Origin: Verrucomicrobiales bacterium | GTDB lineage: Bacteria > Verrucomicrobiota > Verrucomicrobiia > Verrucomicrobiales > SLCJ01 | Direction: 5' to 3' | Assembly (NCBI GenBank): GCA_046075565.1 | Contig: JBJTQJ010000082.1 | Span: forward strand, 32,001 to 96,000 | DNA: 64,000 bases | Part shown: one piece after another, positions 47,993 through 57,333 of the stretch | How positions within the stretch are numbered: position 1 is the stretch's first letter | Layout of the letters: each line of letters begins with the position of its first letter | Position numbers and translations under genes: made by a program | Notes under the pieces: model-generated | Seen by the model: the letters and a program-made list of their open reading frames with translations, nothing else | Told to the model about the DNA's origin: nothing | The model's database searches: none

Positions 47993-48820
47993 ATGTTGGG
48001 GGTCACGGTCTTGGGAAGCGGCAGCGCGGGCAACGCGGTGGTCATCACCACCCCGGATACCCGCGTGCTCGTCGATGCCGGACTCAGCGCCCGGCAGCTG
48101 GAAAGCCGGATCGTCGCGCTGGGACTGGAGCCCGATTCCTTCGACGCCATCGTGCTCACCCACGAACACGGCGACCACACACGCGGCCTCGGGGTATTCT
48201 GCCGCCGCCGCCCGATTCCCATTTACTGCAACCGCCACACCCAGCGGGTTGTTGCCGAATCCCTGCGCGATCCGCCACCGTGGAAATTGATCGAATCCGG
48301 CCAACGATTCCGCATCCGCTCCTTGGAAATTGATGCTTTCTCCGTGCCCCACGACGCGGTGGACCCGATGGGCTACACGTTCGGCTGGCAAGGTGGCAAA
48401 ATCGCCGTGCTCACCGATCTCGGTCATGCCTCCACTTTGGTTTTGGAAAAAGCCCGCGGCGCCCACACCATCGTGCTGGAAGCCAATTACGACGACGAAC
48501 TACTCGCCCACGACACCAAACGCCCCTGGGCCACCAAACACCGCATCTCGTCCCGCCACGGCCATCTGTCGAATGCCCAGGCCGCCGAATTCGCCGCCCA
48601 ACTCGTGCCCGACGGACTTCGCCGCGTCGTGCTCGCCCACCTGAGCCGCGATTGCAATTCACCCGACGCCGCCCGGCGCGCTTTCGCCCATTTGCCGGAT
48701 CTGGAAATCCACTGCGCGTGCCAGGATAACCCGACCGCATTCTGCACCATCCCGACCGCCCCGCCGCCACCGGTCGCGCCAACTGCCGGCGGCCCGCTGG
48801 TGCAAGGGCAGTTGTTTTGA
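47993..48820 (+). CDS. MBL-fold metallohydrolase (YycJ/WalJ-like)
   Basis: LGSGS.GN, DAG, THEHGDH, HDA.DP, TDLG, LEANYD, GHLSN, LAHLS..CN. Confidence 0.92.
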   Translation: MLGVTVLGSGSAGNAVVITTPDTRVLVDAGLSARQLESRIVALGLEPDSFDAIVLTHEHGDHTRGLGVFCRRRPIPIYCNRHTQRVVAESLRDPPPWKLIESGQRFRIRSLEIDAFSVPHDAVDPMGYTFGWQGGKIAVLTDLGHASTLVLEKARGAHTIVLEANYDDELLAHDTKRPWATKHRISSRHGHLSNAQAAEFAAQLVPDGLRRVVLAHLSRDCNSPDAARRAFAHLPDLEIHCACQDNPTAFCTIPTAPPPPVAPTAGGPLVQGQLF

Positions 48821-48910
48821 GAGGGACAAATATCGCGTTCAACCCACCATGTTTCTCATTTCTTGACATCCACATCGCCAGGCACTAAAAATGCCGGAAA
48901 TCAAAAAGCC

Positions 48911-49882
48911 ATGCCATTGACCATCGATTTCTTTCCTCTTCGTGTATCCCTTTTTGCCGGAGCATTTCTCATGAACCAGGCCGTGGTCTTAGCCGGTTCT
49001 TCCCCGACCGTTGAATCGACCCCCAAGAGCACGGCCAAGTTTTGGCAATCCACTCTTTCCGCCGCTTCCGGCTACCAGAGCGGGAAATTCGATTGGAATA
49101 TCCCGAATGGCAACGAATCGCCGAATATCGTCTCCGAGTTGACTTGGGATGACCTTGATATCTGGACCAACGCTCTCCAATTCGAGGCGCTTGGAAACGA
49201 GAAATGGATGATTCAGCTTGGCTTCTCGTATGGGGAGATTCTCGACGGGCGAAACCGCGACTCCGACTACTTGTTCGACGATCGCGGCGGCGAATTCAGC
49301 CGTAGTTATGCCGATGTCGATGGCCATACCCTCTCGGCGCGGGCCATGCTGGGCTACCGGTTCAACTTATTGGACGGACGGCTTTCCCTGACTCCCGCCC
49401 TCGGTTACGCCTTCGACCAACAGCAATTTGAAGACAGCAACGGCTACCAAGCCATCAATCGCATCGATGGATACACAGGCTCGTTTCCTGGGCTCGACTC
49501 CAGCTATGAAACCGAGTGGCACGCCGGGGTCGTGGACCTAGGCCTGGCCTTCCGCCTGACCAAGCGGGTCGAGTTGCTCGGCGGGGGGTCCTTTGCCATG
49601 GGCAGTTATGATGCCGATGCCGTCTGGAACCTGCGGGATGATTTGCGGCAGAACCCGAGTTTCCGCCACAGCGCCGACGGATATGGCGCTTCCGCCCGCC
49701 TCGGACTTCGCTACCAACTGGCCGACGCATGGTTCATCCATGGCATGGCCACCTACCAGACCCAATGGACCGACGGCGGTCAGGAGACCATTTACTTCCG
49801 CGAGGGCTCGCAATCCAACGGCTTCAACGAAGCAACTTGGGAATCCCTCGGCTTCGCCATCGGCGTCGATTTCCGTTTCTGA
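48911..49882 (+). CDS. Outer-membrane beta-barrel protein, omptin-like
   Basis: Signal peptide, IVSELTW and DSDY motifs, C-terminal Phe (DFRF). Confidence 0.7.
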   Translation: MPLTIDFFPLRVSLFAGAFLMNQAVVLAGSSPTVESTPKSTAKFWQSTLSAASGYQSGKFDWNIPNGNESPNIVSELTWDDLDIWTNALQFEALGNEKWMIQLGFSYGEILDGRNRDSDYLFDDRGGEFSRSYADVDGHTLSARAMLGYRFNLLDGRLSLTPALGYAFDQQQFEDSNGYQAINRIDGYTGSFPGLDSSYETEWHAGVVDLGLAFRLTKRVELLGGGSFAMGSYDADAVWNLRDDLRQNPSFRHSADGYGASARLGLRYQLADAWFIHGMATYQTQWTDGGQETIYFREGSQSNGFNEATWESLGFAIGVDFRF

Positions 49883-49947
49883 TGCCCCGGGCGCAGGGCC
49901 CCTCCCCCCTTGCGCGGGCAAGGCGGCGGGCTTAAGTTTGCCGCGCC

Positions 49948-51264
49948 ATGGCTTCCGCTGAAAAACAACGCACCCTCGCCCAGCCCTCAAGTCTCACCGG
50001 CACCTCCCTGCACACCGGGGAAAAGGTCACGCTCACCCTGCGGCCGGCGCTCCCGAACCACGGCTTGAAATTCCGCCGGGTGGATTTGCCCGACCAGCCG
50101 TTTATCGCCGCCGATGTCTCGAAGGTCCAGACCGTCGAGCGCGCCACCACCTTGGCCGAGGGCTCGGTGAAGGTCCATACGGTCGAGCATGTGCTCTCCG
50201 CCCTCACCGCCATGGGCGTGGACAATGCCATCATCGAAATGGACGCCAATGAGCCTCCCATCGGCGACGGCAGCGCCCTTCCCTACGTCGAATGCATCAA
50301 AAAAGCCGGCCTGGTCGAACAGGACGAACCGCGATCCGTCTGGGACATCCGCGAACCCATCCACCTCGAGACGAAAACCGACAGCTTGATCACCATCGTG
50401 CCCGACAGCCAATTGCGGGTTTCCTGCACCAATGTCGGCCCCGACGGGCGCATGACCCAATTTTACTCGACGGTGATCACTCCCGAGGTCTACGAGAAGG
50501 AAATCGCGCCCGCGCGGACTTTTGTTTTCTACGAGGATGTAAAGCCGCTTCTCGACAAGGGACTCATCCGCGGCGGCAGCCTAGAAAATGCCGTGGTCGT
50601 GAAAGATGACGCCGTGATGAGCCGCGAGCCCATGCGTTTCAAGGAAGAATTCGCCCGCCACAAGATCCTCGACATCATCGGTGACCTCACCCTCTGCGGA
50701 AAAAGGTTCACCGGTCACGTGATCGCCATCAAACCCGGCCACGGACCCAATACCCAGATGGCCACGACTCTGGCCAAGGAATACGCGCGGATGCGCAGCA
50801 TGATCCCGCCCGTGCGTATCCCGAAAGGCGATGCCGTGCTGGACATCAAGGACATCCTCAAGATTCTGCCGCACCGTTACCCCTTCCTGCTCGTCGATCG
50901 GGTGATCCGTTTCGAAGGAGATACCAAATGTGTCGGCGTGAAGAACGTGACCATGAACGAGCCGTTTTTCCCCGGCCACTTCCCCGGCCATCCGGTCATG
51001 CCGGGTGTGCTCCAGGTCGAGGCCATGGCGCAGGTCGGCAGCATCCTCATGCTCCGCAAACCGGAGAACCAAGGCAAGATCGGTTACTTCATGAGCGCGG
51101 ACAGCGTGAAATTCCGCAAACCCGTTCTGCCCGGCGATACCCTTTTCATCGAAGCCGAGGTTTTGAAAATCCGCGGCAACATCGGTGTCACCATGTGCCG
51201 ATGCCTGGTCAACGATGAAGTCGTTTCCGAGGGTGAATTGAAATTCAGCCTCTTCCAACCGTGA
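49948..51264 (+). CDS. lpxC-fabZ: Bifunctional UDP-3-O-acyl-GlcNAc deacetylase / 3-hydroxyacyl-ACP dehydratase
   Basis: TVEHVLSA, DGSA, ARTF, RHKILD.IGDL (LpxC); LPHRYPFLLVD, GHFP..PVMPGVL.VEAMAQ (FabZ). Confidence 0.97.
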   Translation: MASAEKQRTLAQPSSLTGTSLHTGEKVTLTLRPALPNHGLKFRRVDLPDQPFIAADVSKVQTVERATTLAEGSVKVHTVEHVLSALTAMGVDNAIIEMDANEPPIGDGSALPYVECIKKAGLVEQDEPRSVWDIREPIHLETKTDSLITIVPDSQLRVSCTNVGPDGRMTQFYSTVITPEVYEKEIAPARTFVFYEDVKPLLDKGLIRGGSLENAVVVKDDAVMSREPMRFKEEFARHKILDIIGDLTLCGKRFTGHVIAIKPGHGPNTQMATTLAKEYARMRSMIPPVRIPKGDAVLDIKDILKILPHRYPFLLVDRVIRFEGDTKCVGVKNVTMNEPFFPGHFPGHPVMPGVLQVEAMAQVGSILMLRKPENQGKIGYFMSADSVKFRKPVLPGDTLFIEAEVLKIRGNIGVTMCRCLVNDEVVSEGELKFSLFQP

Positions 51265-52043
51265 GCACCACCATCCACCCGAGCGCCGTCATCCATCCCT
51301 CGGCCGAAATCGGGGAGGATTGTGAGATCGGACCGTATTGCATCATCGGCCCGTCCGTTCAGCTCGGAAACCGCTGCCGACTTGCTTCGCACGTCGTCAT
51401 CGAAGGACCCTGCATCATCGGCGAAAACAACGACTTTTTTCCCAACGCCTGCATCGGCCAACGCACCCAGGACCTCAAATACTCCGGTGAACCAACCGGC
51501 TTGGAAATCGGACACAATAATGTCTTCCGTGAATTTGTGACCGTGCATCGCGCCACCGGAGTCGGTGACCGCACGATCATCGGGAATCATGGCCACTTTC
51601 TCGCCTACGTGCACATCGCCCATGATTGTGTGGTCGGCGACCATGTCATCTTCTCGAACAACGGAACCCTCGCCGGACACGTGATTGTTGAAGACCATGC
51701 CATTCTCGGCGGCTTGACCGCCGTGCACCAGTTTTGCCGCATCGGAAAATTCGCCATCACCGGGGGTTGCTCGAAGATTGTCCAGGACATCCCTCCGTTC
51801 ATCATCGCCGATGGCAACCCTGCTGTTCCACGAGGCGTGAACAAGGTCGGACTCGAACGCCACGGCTTCTCGGCGGATGAACAAAAAACACTCCGCGACG
51901 CATACAAGACGATCTACAGGCGGGACCTTCTGCTTGAAGCCGCCCTCAATGAACTCGAAGGCCGGGAAGATGCCCCCGGCGCCGAACATCTCCGGCACTT
52001 CACCCGCTTCATCCGCGCCAGCCAACGGGGAATTATCCGATAG
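51261..52043 (+). CDS. lpxA: UDP-N-acetylglucosamine acyltransferase
   Basis: Hexapeptide repeats, QDLKY.GE, HIAHDC, LAGHV, VHQFCRIG. Confidence 0.97.
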   Translation: MSTTIHPSAVIHPSAEIGEDCEIGPYCIIGPSVQLGNRCRLASHVVIEGPCIIGENNDFFPNACIGQRTQDLKYSGEPTGLEIGHNNVFREFVTVHRATGVGDRTIIGNHGHFLAYVHIAHDCVVGDHVIFSNNGTLAGHVIVEDHAILGGLTAVHQFCRIGKFAITGGCSKIVQDIPPFIIADGNPAVPRGVNKVGLERHGFSADEQKTLRDAYKTIYRRDLLLEAALNELEGREDAPGAEHLRHFTRFIRASQRGIIR

Positions 52044-52067
52044 CGGAAATCTCCGTGAAGAAAAAGA

Positions 52068-52679
52068 AACCACGGATAGACACGGATTCTTGAGATTTAC
52101 CTTTAGATCTTCTTCGCTCTCTCTTTCGTCCAAGGTTTCGAGCCTGAATCTCACGTTGCAAGACTTCTGACATGCTAGCCAACGACGAACAACTCACGGA
52201 AGTCATTATCGGAGCCGCGATGAAGGTGCTCAACACCCTAAAGCCCGGACTCGACGAGAAGCTCTATGAACGCGCCTTGGTCATCGAACTCACCAAGAAC
52301 GGATACATCTGCGAGGCGCAGCGGGAGTTTAACGTCCGTTATGAAGGCCAACACATCGGCTCGCTCATTCCCGACCTTCTGGTCAACGGCTCGGTTATCG
52401 TGGACACCAAGGTTGTAAGCTGCTTCACGGAAACGCCCTTGGCCCAGATGCTCGGATATCTGAATATCACAGGCCTGAGAACCGCACTTCTTCTGAACTT
52501 CAAACACGCCAAACTTGGCATCAAACGCGTCTCCAACTGAACCCAGAACACCAACCGCCGACATGAATGACCGCGCATCAACCATGAACTCTGGAAGGCG
52601 ATACCGCGGTGTCTCAACCCCCTGCACGCTGCTGACTCCTCCTCTCTTCATCCGTGCCTATCCTTGCCCATCCGTGGTT
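52068..52679. mobile_element. Putative GxxExxY cassette bounded by inverted CACGGAT tandem arrays
   Basis: AACCACGGATAGACACGGAT at 52068 and ATCCGTGCCTATCCTTGCCCATCCGTGGTT at 52650-52679. Confidence 0.65.
52172..52540 (+). CDS. GxxExxY protein (PD-(D/E)XK nuclease-like)
   Basis: IIGAAM.V...L.PGLDEKLYE.AL..EL, PDLLV...VIVDTK, AQ...YL, LLLNF. Confidence 0.93.
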   Translation: MLANDEQLTEVIIGAAMKVLNTLKPGLDEKLYERALVIELTKNGYICEAQREFNVRYEGQHIGSLIPDLLVNGSVIVDTKVVSCFTETPLAQMLGYLNITGLRTALLLNFKHAKLGIKRVSN

Positions 52680-52750
52680 CTTTCCGTTCTGGACATCCTC
52701 ACTTTACCCCGGTAGATCTTCAGCAAGCCCTGATGCATCCTTCTCCTCCC

Positions 52751-54130
52751 ATGCGATTTCCACGGCGCCAACCCTCAGGGCAGGGAAAGTTTTTCCTGAT
52801 AGTTGGGCTAGCCGCCTTGGCGGTCACCGCCGCTATCTTTCTGGGTTATGCCTGGCCAAAATGGTTTCAGAAACCAACTGTGCCGCCGAGCGTCGCCGTG
52901 GCCGCCCCGACCCCTTTGCCAGCGCCGATTGCGGATGATTCCAAGCCAACCCCGACAAATCCAAGCCAACCCGTTGGTTTGGATCCGAAGCCTTCGCCCA
53001 CACCACCCTCCGTTCCTCCGGTGGTCGGACCCGTTCAGCCATCGGTGGCCATGGAAAAACTCGCGGCGGCCTTCCTCGCTGAAGATCCCGCCGCCGTGCG
53101 AGCCGCCCTAGGCACGCGCGTTGTTCCTGAAACAATCATCACAGACCTCGCCAAGCTGTTTTCGACCCACGATCTCGACACTGCCAATGCCGTGAGCCAG
53201 CTGGGTAGTCAGCCAGCCCTCCAGCGTTGGGCCATCTACCTGAAAGAAAACCGTCCGGTCGGTCTTGAGGGTGGGGTTCCGGTGGCAGTCGAGCTGGATT
53301 TCGTCCGTGACGACCGCGGGCAATGGTGGCCGGGGGCGATTAGCCTGCCCGAAGAAACGGCCACCAAGCCACCTGCTGCACCAGAAGCACCTCCCGAGGC
53401 CATCGCGGCCGCTAGCACCGCAGCCAATGCCCTGATTGGCGGAGCCATGGCGGACCTCGTAGCCATGGTTGACCCGGCCCGGTTTCTTCCCGCTCAGGCT
53501 ACCGGCCTCGCCGCCATGCTGCAGGAAGGAGCTTTTGTCCTCAAACCCGACGCCGCCCCCGTGGTCACCCTGGCCGCTCCGGCCCAAGTCTGGCTCACGG
53601 TGCCCGTGGTCAGCACCCAATGGCAGACGGAATCCCGTTTTGGAATCATCCTCAGGAAGACAAGCGAGGGTGACCCTTGGCTGGTCGCCGCCTTGAATGC
53701 CGACAGCCTGCTCGCTGTTACCTCCAACCGGCTCGCCGCCGGCGATTCTGCCACTTCCCTGATCCGCAATCCCGGCCAACCCGACGCCCTCTGCCTCTAT
53801 TTCTCCCCGAATTCCTCCGAGACCGACGAACGCGCCCGGCGGGTCGTTTCCCTCTCCGCCGCCATGCTCAATGCCGATCCCGCGCTGCGCGTAAGCCTGC
53901 TCGGCCACACCGATGCCACGGAGAAAGATGGATTCGAAAAAAAACTCTCCCTAGCACGGGTGGAGTCGGTCGCCAAACTGTTGCTCGAGGCGGGCATCCC
54001 CACCGAGATCATCGAACGCGAAACCCATGGTTCCCAACGTCCGCGCCGCGCCAATTTCCTGCCCGACGGCCAACCGGACCCCCGAGCGCTTTTGCTCAAC
54101 CGGCGCGTGGAATTGATTTTGCGGCGGTAG
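52751..54130 (+). CDS. OmpA-like peptidoglycan-binding domain protein, membrane-anchored
   Basis: N-terminal TM and Pro-rich linker; C-terminal YF..NS, GHTD, LS..R...V, NRRVE. Confidence 0.88.
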   Translation: MRFPRRQPSGQGKFFLIVGLAALAVTAAIFLGYAWPKWFQKPTVPPSVAVAAPTPLPAPIADDSKPTPTNPSQPVGLDPKPSPTPPSVPPVVGPVQPSVAMEKLAAAFLAEDPAAVRAALGTRVVPETIITDLAKLFSTHDLDTANAVSQLGSQPALQRWAIYLKENRPVGLEGGVPVAVELDFVRDDRGQWWPGAISLPEETATKPPAAPEAPPEAIAAASTAANALIGGAMADLVAMVDPARFLPAQATGLAAMLQEGAFVLKPDAAPVVTLAAPAQVWLTVPVVSTQWQTESRFGIILRKTSEGDPWLVAALNADSLLAVTSNRLAAGDSATSLIRNPGQPDALCLYFSPNSSETDERARRVVSLSAAMLNADPALRVSLLGHTDATEKDGFEKKLSLARVESVAKLLLEAGIPTEIIERETHGSQRPRRANFLPDGQPDPRALLLNRRVELILRR

Positions 54131-54138
54131 TGGTTGAG

Positions 54139-54200
54139 GGCAAGAGCGAGACGCTCTTGCTACGGTGGACACGGCAGAGCAGGGGAATTTCGCCTGCTCG
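54139..54200. repeat. Partial GTAG REPIN (first REP plus spacer)
   Basis: GCAAGAGCGAGACGCTCTTGCTAC identical to other copies, followed by a homologous spacer. Confidence 0.8.
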
Positions 54201-54309
54201 GCAAAGACGCCACCTTGGACAATATCCGCTCGTGGTGACCGCCGCCTTCTAGCCTTGGCGCTGACAAGCCCGCTCTTGCCCATCACAGATTTCCGCGCCA
54301 AACTATCGT

Positions 54310-54966
54310 GTGTTCCCCGTGCTCATCGCCCCCTCGCTGCTGGCGGCCGATTTCGGCAGCATCACTGCGGAAATCCAACGCGCCGAAGCCGCGGGCATGG
54401 ACTGGCTGCATCTCGATGTGATGGATGGTCACTTTGTGGACAACATTTCCTTCGGACCGGCCATGGTGGCGGCTTCGAGGAAGGCGTCCTCCTGCTACCT
54501 TGATGTCCATCTCATGATCTCGCGTCCGGATCATTATTTGGAACGCTTCATCGAAGCGGGCTCCGACGGAATCACGGTGCATGTTGAAGCGGATCATGAT
54601 GTGGCAGAAACCCTGCGCCGCATCCGCGCGGCCGGACTCAAGCCCGGACTTGCCCTCAATCCCGCTACACCTCTGGAAGCGGCGGAACCCTATTTGGCCA
54701 GCATTGATTTGTTATTGATCATGACGGTGGTGCCGGGATTCGGCGGCCAGTCCTTTATGCCCGAAACCATGCCGAAACTCGCTGCCGCAGCCAAGGCGCG
54801 GGCAAGCGGAAACCATAGCTTCCGCCTTGAAGTGGACGGCGGCATCCATGAAGGCACGGCTCCCATTGCCCTCGAAAACGGCGCCGACGTGCTCGTCGCC
54901 GGTTCCTCAACCTTCCGCGCCGCCGACATGGCCGCGGTGATCGCTAGGATGCGGACCATGAAATAA
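54310..54966 (+). CDS. rpe: Ribulose-phosphate 3-epimerase
   Basis: IAPSLL.ADF, LHLDVMDGHFV.N, DVHLM, MTV.PGFGGQ, VDGGI, VAGS. Confidence 0.97.
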   Translation: MFPVLIAPSLLAADFGSITAEIQRAEAAGMDWLHLDVMDGHFVDNISFGPAMVAASRKASSCYLDVHLMISRPDHYLERFIEAGSDGITVHVEADHDVAETLRRIRAAGLKPGLALNPATPLEAAEPYLASIDLLLIMTVVPGFGGQSFMPETMPKLAAAAKARASGNHSFRLEVDGGIHEGTAPIALENGADVLVAGSSTFRAADMAAVIARMRTMK

Positions 54967-54967
54967 T

Positions 54968-55058
54968 TGGCAAAAAGATGTGGGGCAGAAAGATGGAGAG
55001 GAGGAAACGATCCCGCTCTTATCTCAAGTCAATCTTTATGCCCTCCATCTTTCTGCCA
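54968..55058. mobile_element. 15-mer tandem-ended inverted-repeat element
   Basis: TGGCAAAAAGATGTGGGGCAGAAAGATGG ... ATCTTTATGCCCTCCATCTTTCTGCCA; solo left end at 24769. Confidence 0.6.
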
Positions 55059-55097
55059 TCATATTCAGGGGCAGGCTCAATGACTTCACTCCCTCAC

Positions 55098-55289
55098 GGA
55101 CCGCTGGGACAGCGGTCCCTGCCGGTTGATTGGCCGGGGTCGTGTATGGGCGCGAGCATCGCATGTTGATGGATCGCGGGCTCCCAAATGCTCGTTTTGC
55201 TCTTGCCTCTCGCTCCGCGTGCCGCTTGACACAGGCGGCCTACAGGCCATGCGCATGAGAAGATCTGTAGGGCGGTTGTGTCAACCGCC
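55098..55289. repeat. GTAG-like REP hairpins
   Basis: GGACCGCTGGGACAGCGGTCCCT; GCCGCTTGACACAGGCGGCCTAC; GTAGGGCGGTTGTGTCAACCGCC. Confidence 0.65.
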
Positions 55290-55330
55290 AAGCGAATGCG
55301 ATTCTCTATAGCCCACAAGAGAATCCCGGA

Positions 55331-57211
55331 TCACTCCAACCGGCGTTCCTTGATCTCCGTGAGCAGTGATTCGACGAAGGCTTCGACATCTTGGGCTCCG
55401 AGGTCGCCGCGTTTGGCGTGGCGCACGGAAAGCTGATTCGCTTCGGCTTCGCGTTGGCCGACCACGAGCATGTAAGCGGCTTTTTCGAGTTGGGCATTCC
55501 GGATCTTCGCTCCGACCTTGTCGGCGCTCGCGTCGAGAGTCGCGCGCACTCCGGCATCGAGCAATTTCTGGTGCAGGGCGCGGGCGAAGTCCTCGGTTTT
55601 TTCGGAAATCGGCAGCACCCGCACTTGTTCGGGGGCAAGCCAGGTCGGGAAGTGTCCGCCGAAATGTTCGATGAGCAATCCGGTGAAGCGTTCCATGGAG
55701 CCGAAGGGCGCGCGGTGGATCATCACTGGCCGGTGCGACTGGTTGTCGGCTCCGGTGTAGCTGAGGTTGAAGCGTTTCGGCAAGTTGTAATCCACTTGAA
55801 CAGTGCCGAGTTGCCAGTCGCGTCCGATCACATCCTTGACCACGAAATCGATCTTGGGTCCATAGAAAGCGGCTTCGCCCGGTTCCTCGTTGTAAGGCAC
55901 ACCGAGATCCTTGACGGCGGCACGCAGGGCGTCCTCCGCTTTGTCCCAGTCGGCCGGGTCGCCGACGTATTTGTCGCTGGCCGGATCGCGCAGGGAAAGG
56001 CGCACGCGGTAGTCATTCATGCCGAGCGTGCCGAGCACTTTCTTCACCAGACCGAGGCAACCTTCGACTTCGGCGGCAACTTGGTCGGGCGAGCAGAAGA
56101 GGTGGGCGTCGTCCTGCGTGAAGCCGCGCACGCGGGTCATGCCACCGAGTTCGCCGCTTTGTTCCCAACGGTAAACCGTGCCGAATTCGGCGAGGCGCAC
56201 CGGAAGGTCGCGGTAGGAATGCGGCTCGCTATCGAAGATCTTGATGTGATGCGGGCAATTCATCGGCTTGAGCAAGAAGCCGTCGACATCGCCATCGGCG
56301 AGGCGGTTGTGGAGATCCGCACAGGAACATCCTTCATCGGCCAACGCCTTCAGCGAGTCGCGTTCGATGACCGGTGGATATTGGCTTTCCGCGTAGTAAG
56401 GGAAATGCCCGCTGGTGCGGTAGAGATCGAGTTTCCCGATGTGCGGGGTAAAGACCTGCGAGTATCCCTGGCGATCGAGCTCCTCGGTGATGAAGTCCTG
56501 GAGCTGGCGGCGGATGACCGCGCCCTTGGGTTTCCAGAGGATGAGGCCTTGGCCGACCGCCTCGTCGATGTGGAAGAGTCCAAGTTCGCGACCGACACGG
56601 CGGTGGTCGCGTTTGCGCGCTTCTTCCAGACGGGCGAGATAGTCTTCCAGTTCTTCCTTGGCCGGGAAGGCCGTGCCGTAAAGACGCTGCAGTTGCGGCT
56701 TGGTCTCGTCGCCCATGTAGAAGGCCGAGGCAATGGACATTAGTTTGACGTTCTTGCACTTCGCCGTGTAGCCGACGTGGGGCCCGGCACAGAGATCGAT
56801 GAAGTCGCCATTCTTGTAGAGGGAGATTTCCTCTCCTTCGGGGATTTTGGCGAGCAGGTCGATTTTGAATTGGCTCGGCTTACCGGGGCGGTCGGCGAGA
56901 GCGCCGAGGCGACCGGATTCCGCGAGCGCGAGTGCTTCTGCGCGGCTGATCGCCAGCTTCTCGAACTTCTGGTTTTCCTTCGCGATCTTTTTCATTTCCT
57001 CCTCGATGCGGGGGAAATCCTCGGGCGTGATGCGGTAATCGAGATCGAAGTCGTAGTAGAATCCATTTTCGACGGGCGGACCGTAGGCGAACTGGGCTCC
57101 CGGCCAAATGCGCAGGATGGCGGTGGCCATGACGTGCGCGCAGGAGTGGCGGAGCTTCTCGAGGTCGCTCATTTGTTCGCGTTCTTCCAAGGTCTTGCGG
57201 GCGTCGGACAT
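55331..57211 (-). CDS. thrS: Threonyl-tRNA synthetase
   Basis: RHSCAHVMA, DLCAGPH, RDHR, KPMNCPHH, RVRGFTQDDAH, AFYGPKID, IHRA.FGS.ERF. Confidence 0.98.
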   Translation of the reverse strand: MSDARKTLEEREQMSDLEKLRHSCAHVMATAILRIWPGAQFAYGPPVENGFYYDFDLDYRITPEDFPRIEEEMKKIAKENQKFEKLAISRAEALALAESGRLGALADRPGKPSQFKIDLLAKIPEGEEISLYKNGDFIDLCAGPHVGYTAKCKNVKLMSIASAFYMGDETKPQLQRLYGTAFPAKEELEDYLARLEEARKRDHRRVGRELGLFHIDEAVGQGLILWKPKGAVIRRQLQDFITEELDRQGYSQVFTPHIGKLDLYRTSGHFPYYAESQYPPVIERDSLKALADEGCSCADLHNRLADGDVDGFLLKPMNCPHHIKIFDSEPHSYRDLPVRLAEFGTVYRWEQSGELGGMTRVRGFTQDDAHLFCSPDQVAAEVEGCLGLVKKVLGTLGMNDYRVRLSLRDPASDKYVGDPADWDKAEDALRAAVKDLGVPYNEEPGEAAFYGPKIDFVVKDVIGRDWQLGTVQVDYNLPKRFNLSYTGADNQSHRPVMIHRAPFGSMERFTGLLIEHFGGHFPTWLAPEQVRVLPISEKTEDFARALHQKLLDAGVRATLDASADKVGAKIRNAQLEKAAYMLVVGQREAEANQLSVRHAKRGDLGAQDVEAFVESLLTEIKERRLE

Positions 57212-57333
57212 GGGTGTGTGCTGTGGTTTGAGGGCGGCAAAGTTCGCCCCGATCCGGGCGAGCGTCAACGCGGGCCGCGGATTTCGCGAATTTCCCTTTT
57301 CCATTGCGAGGGTTTTCCGTGTATCTGGTGGGG

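Noticed and set aside
49948-51264. LpxC-FabZ fusion as a novelty
   Set aside because: Well-known fusion in Bacteroidota and Verrucomicrobiota.
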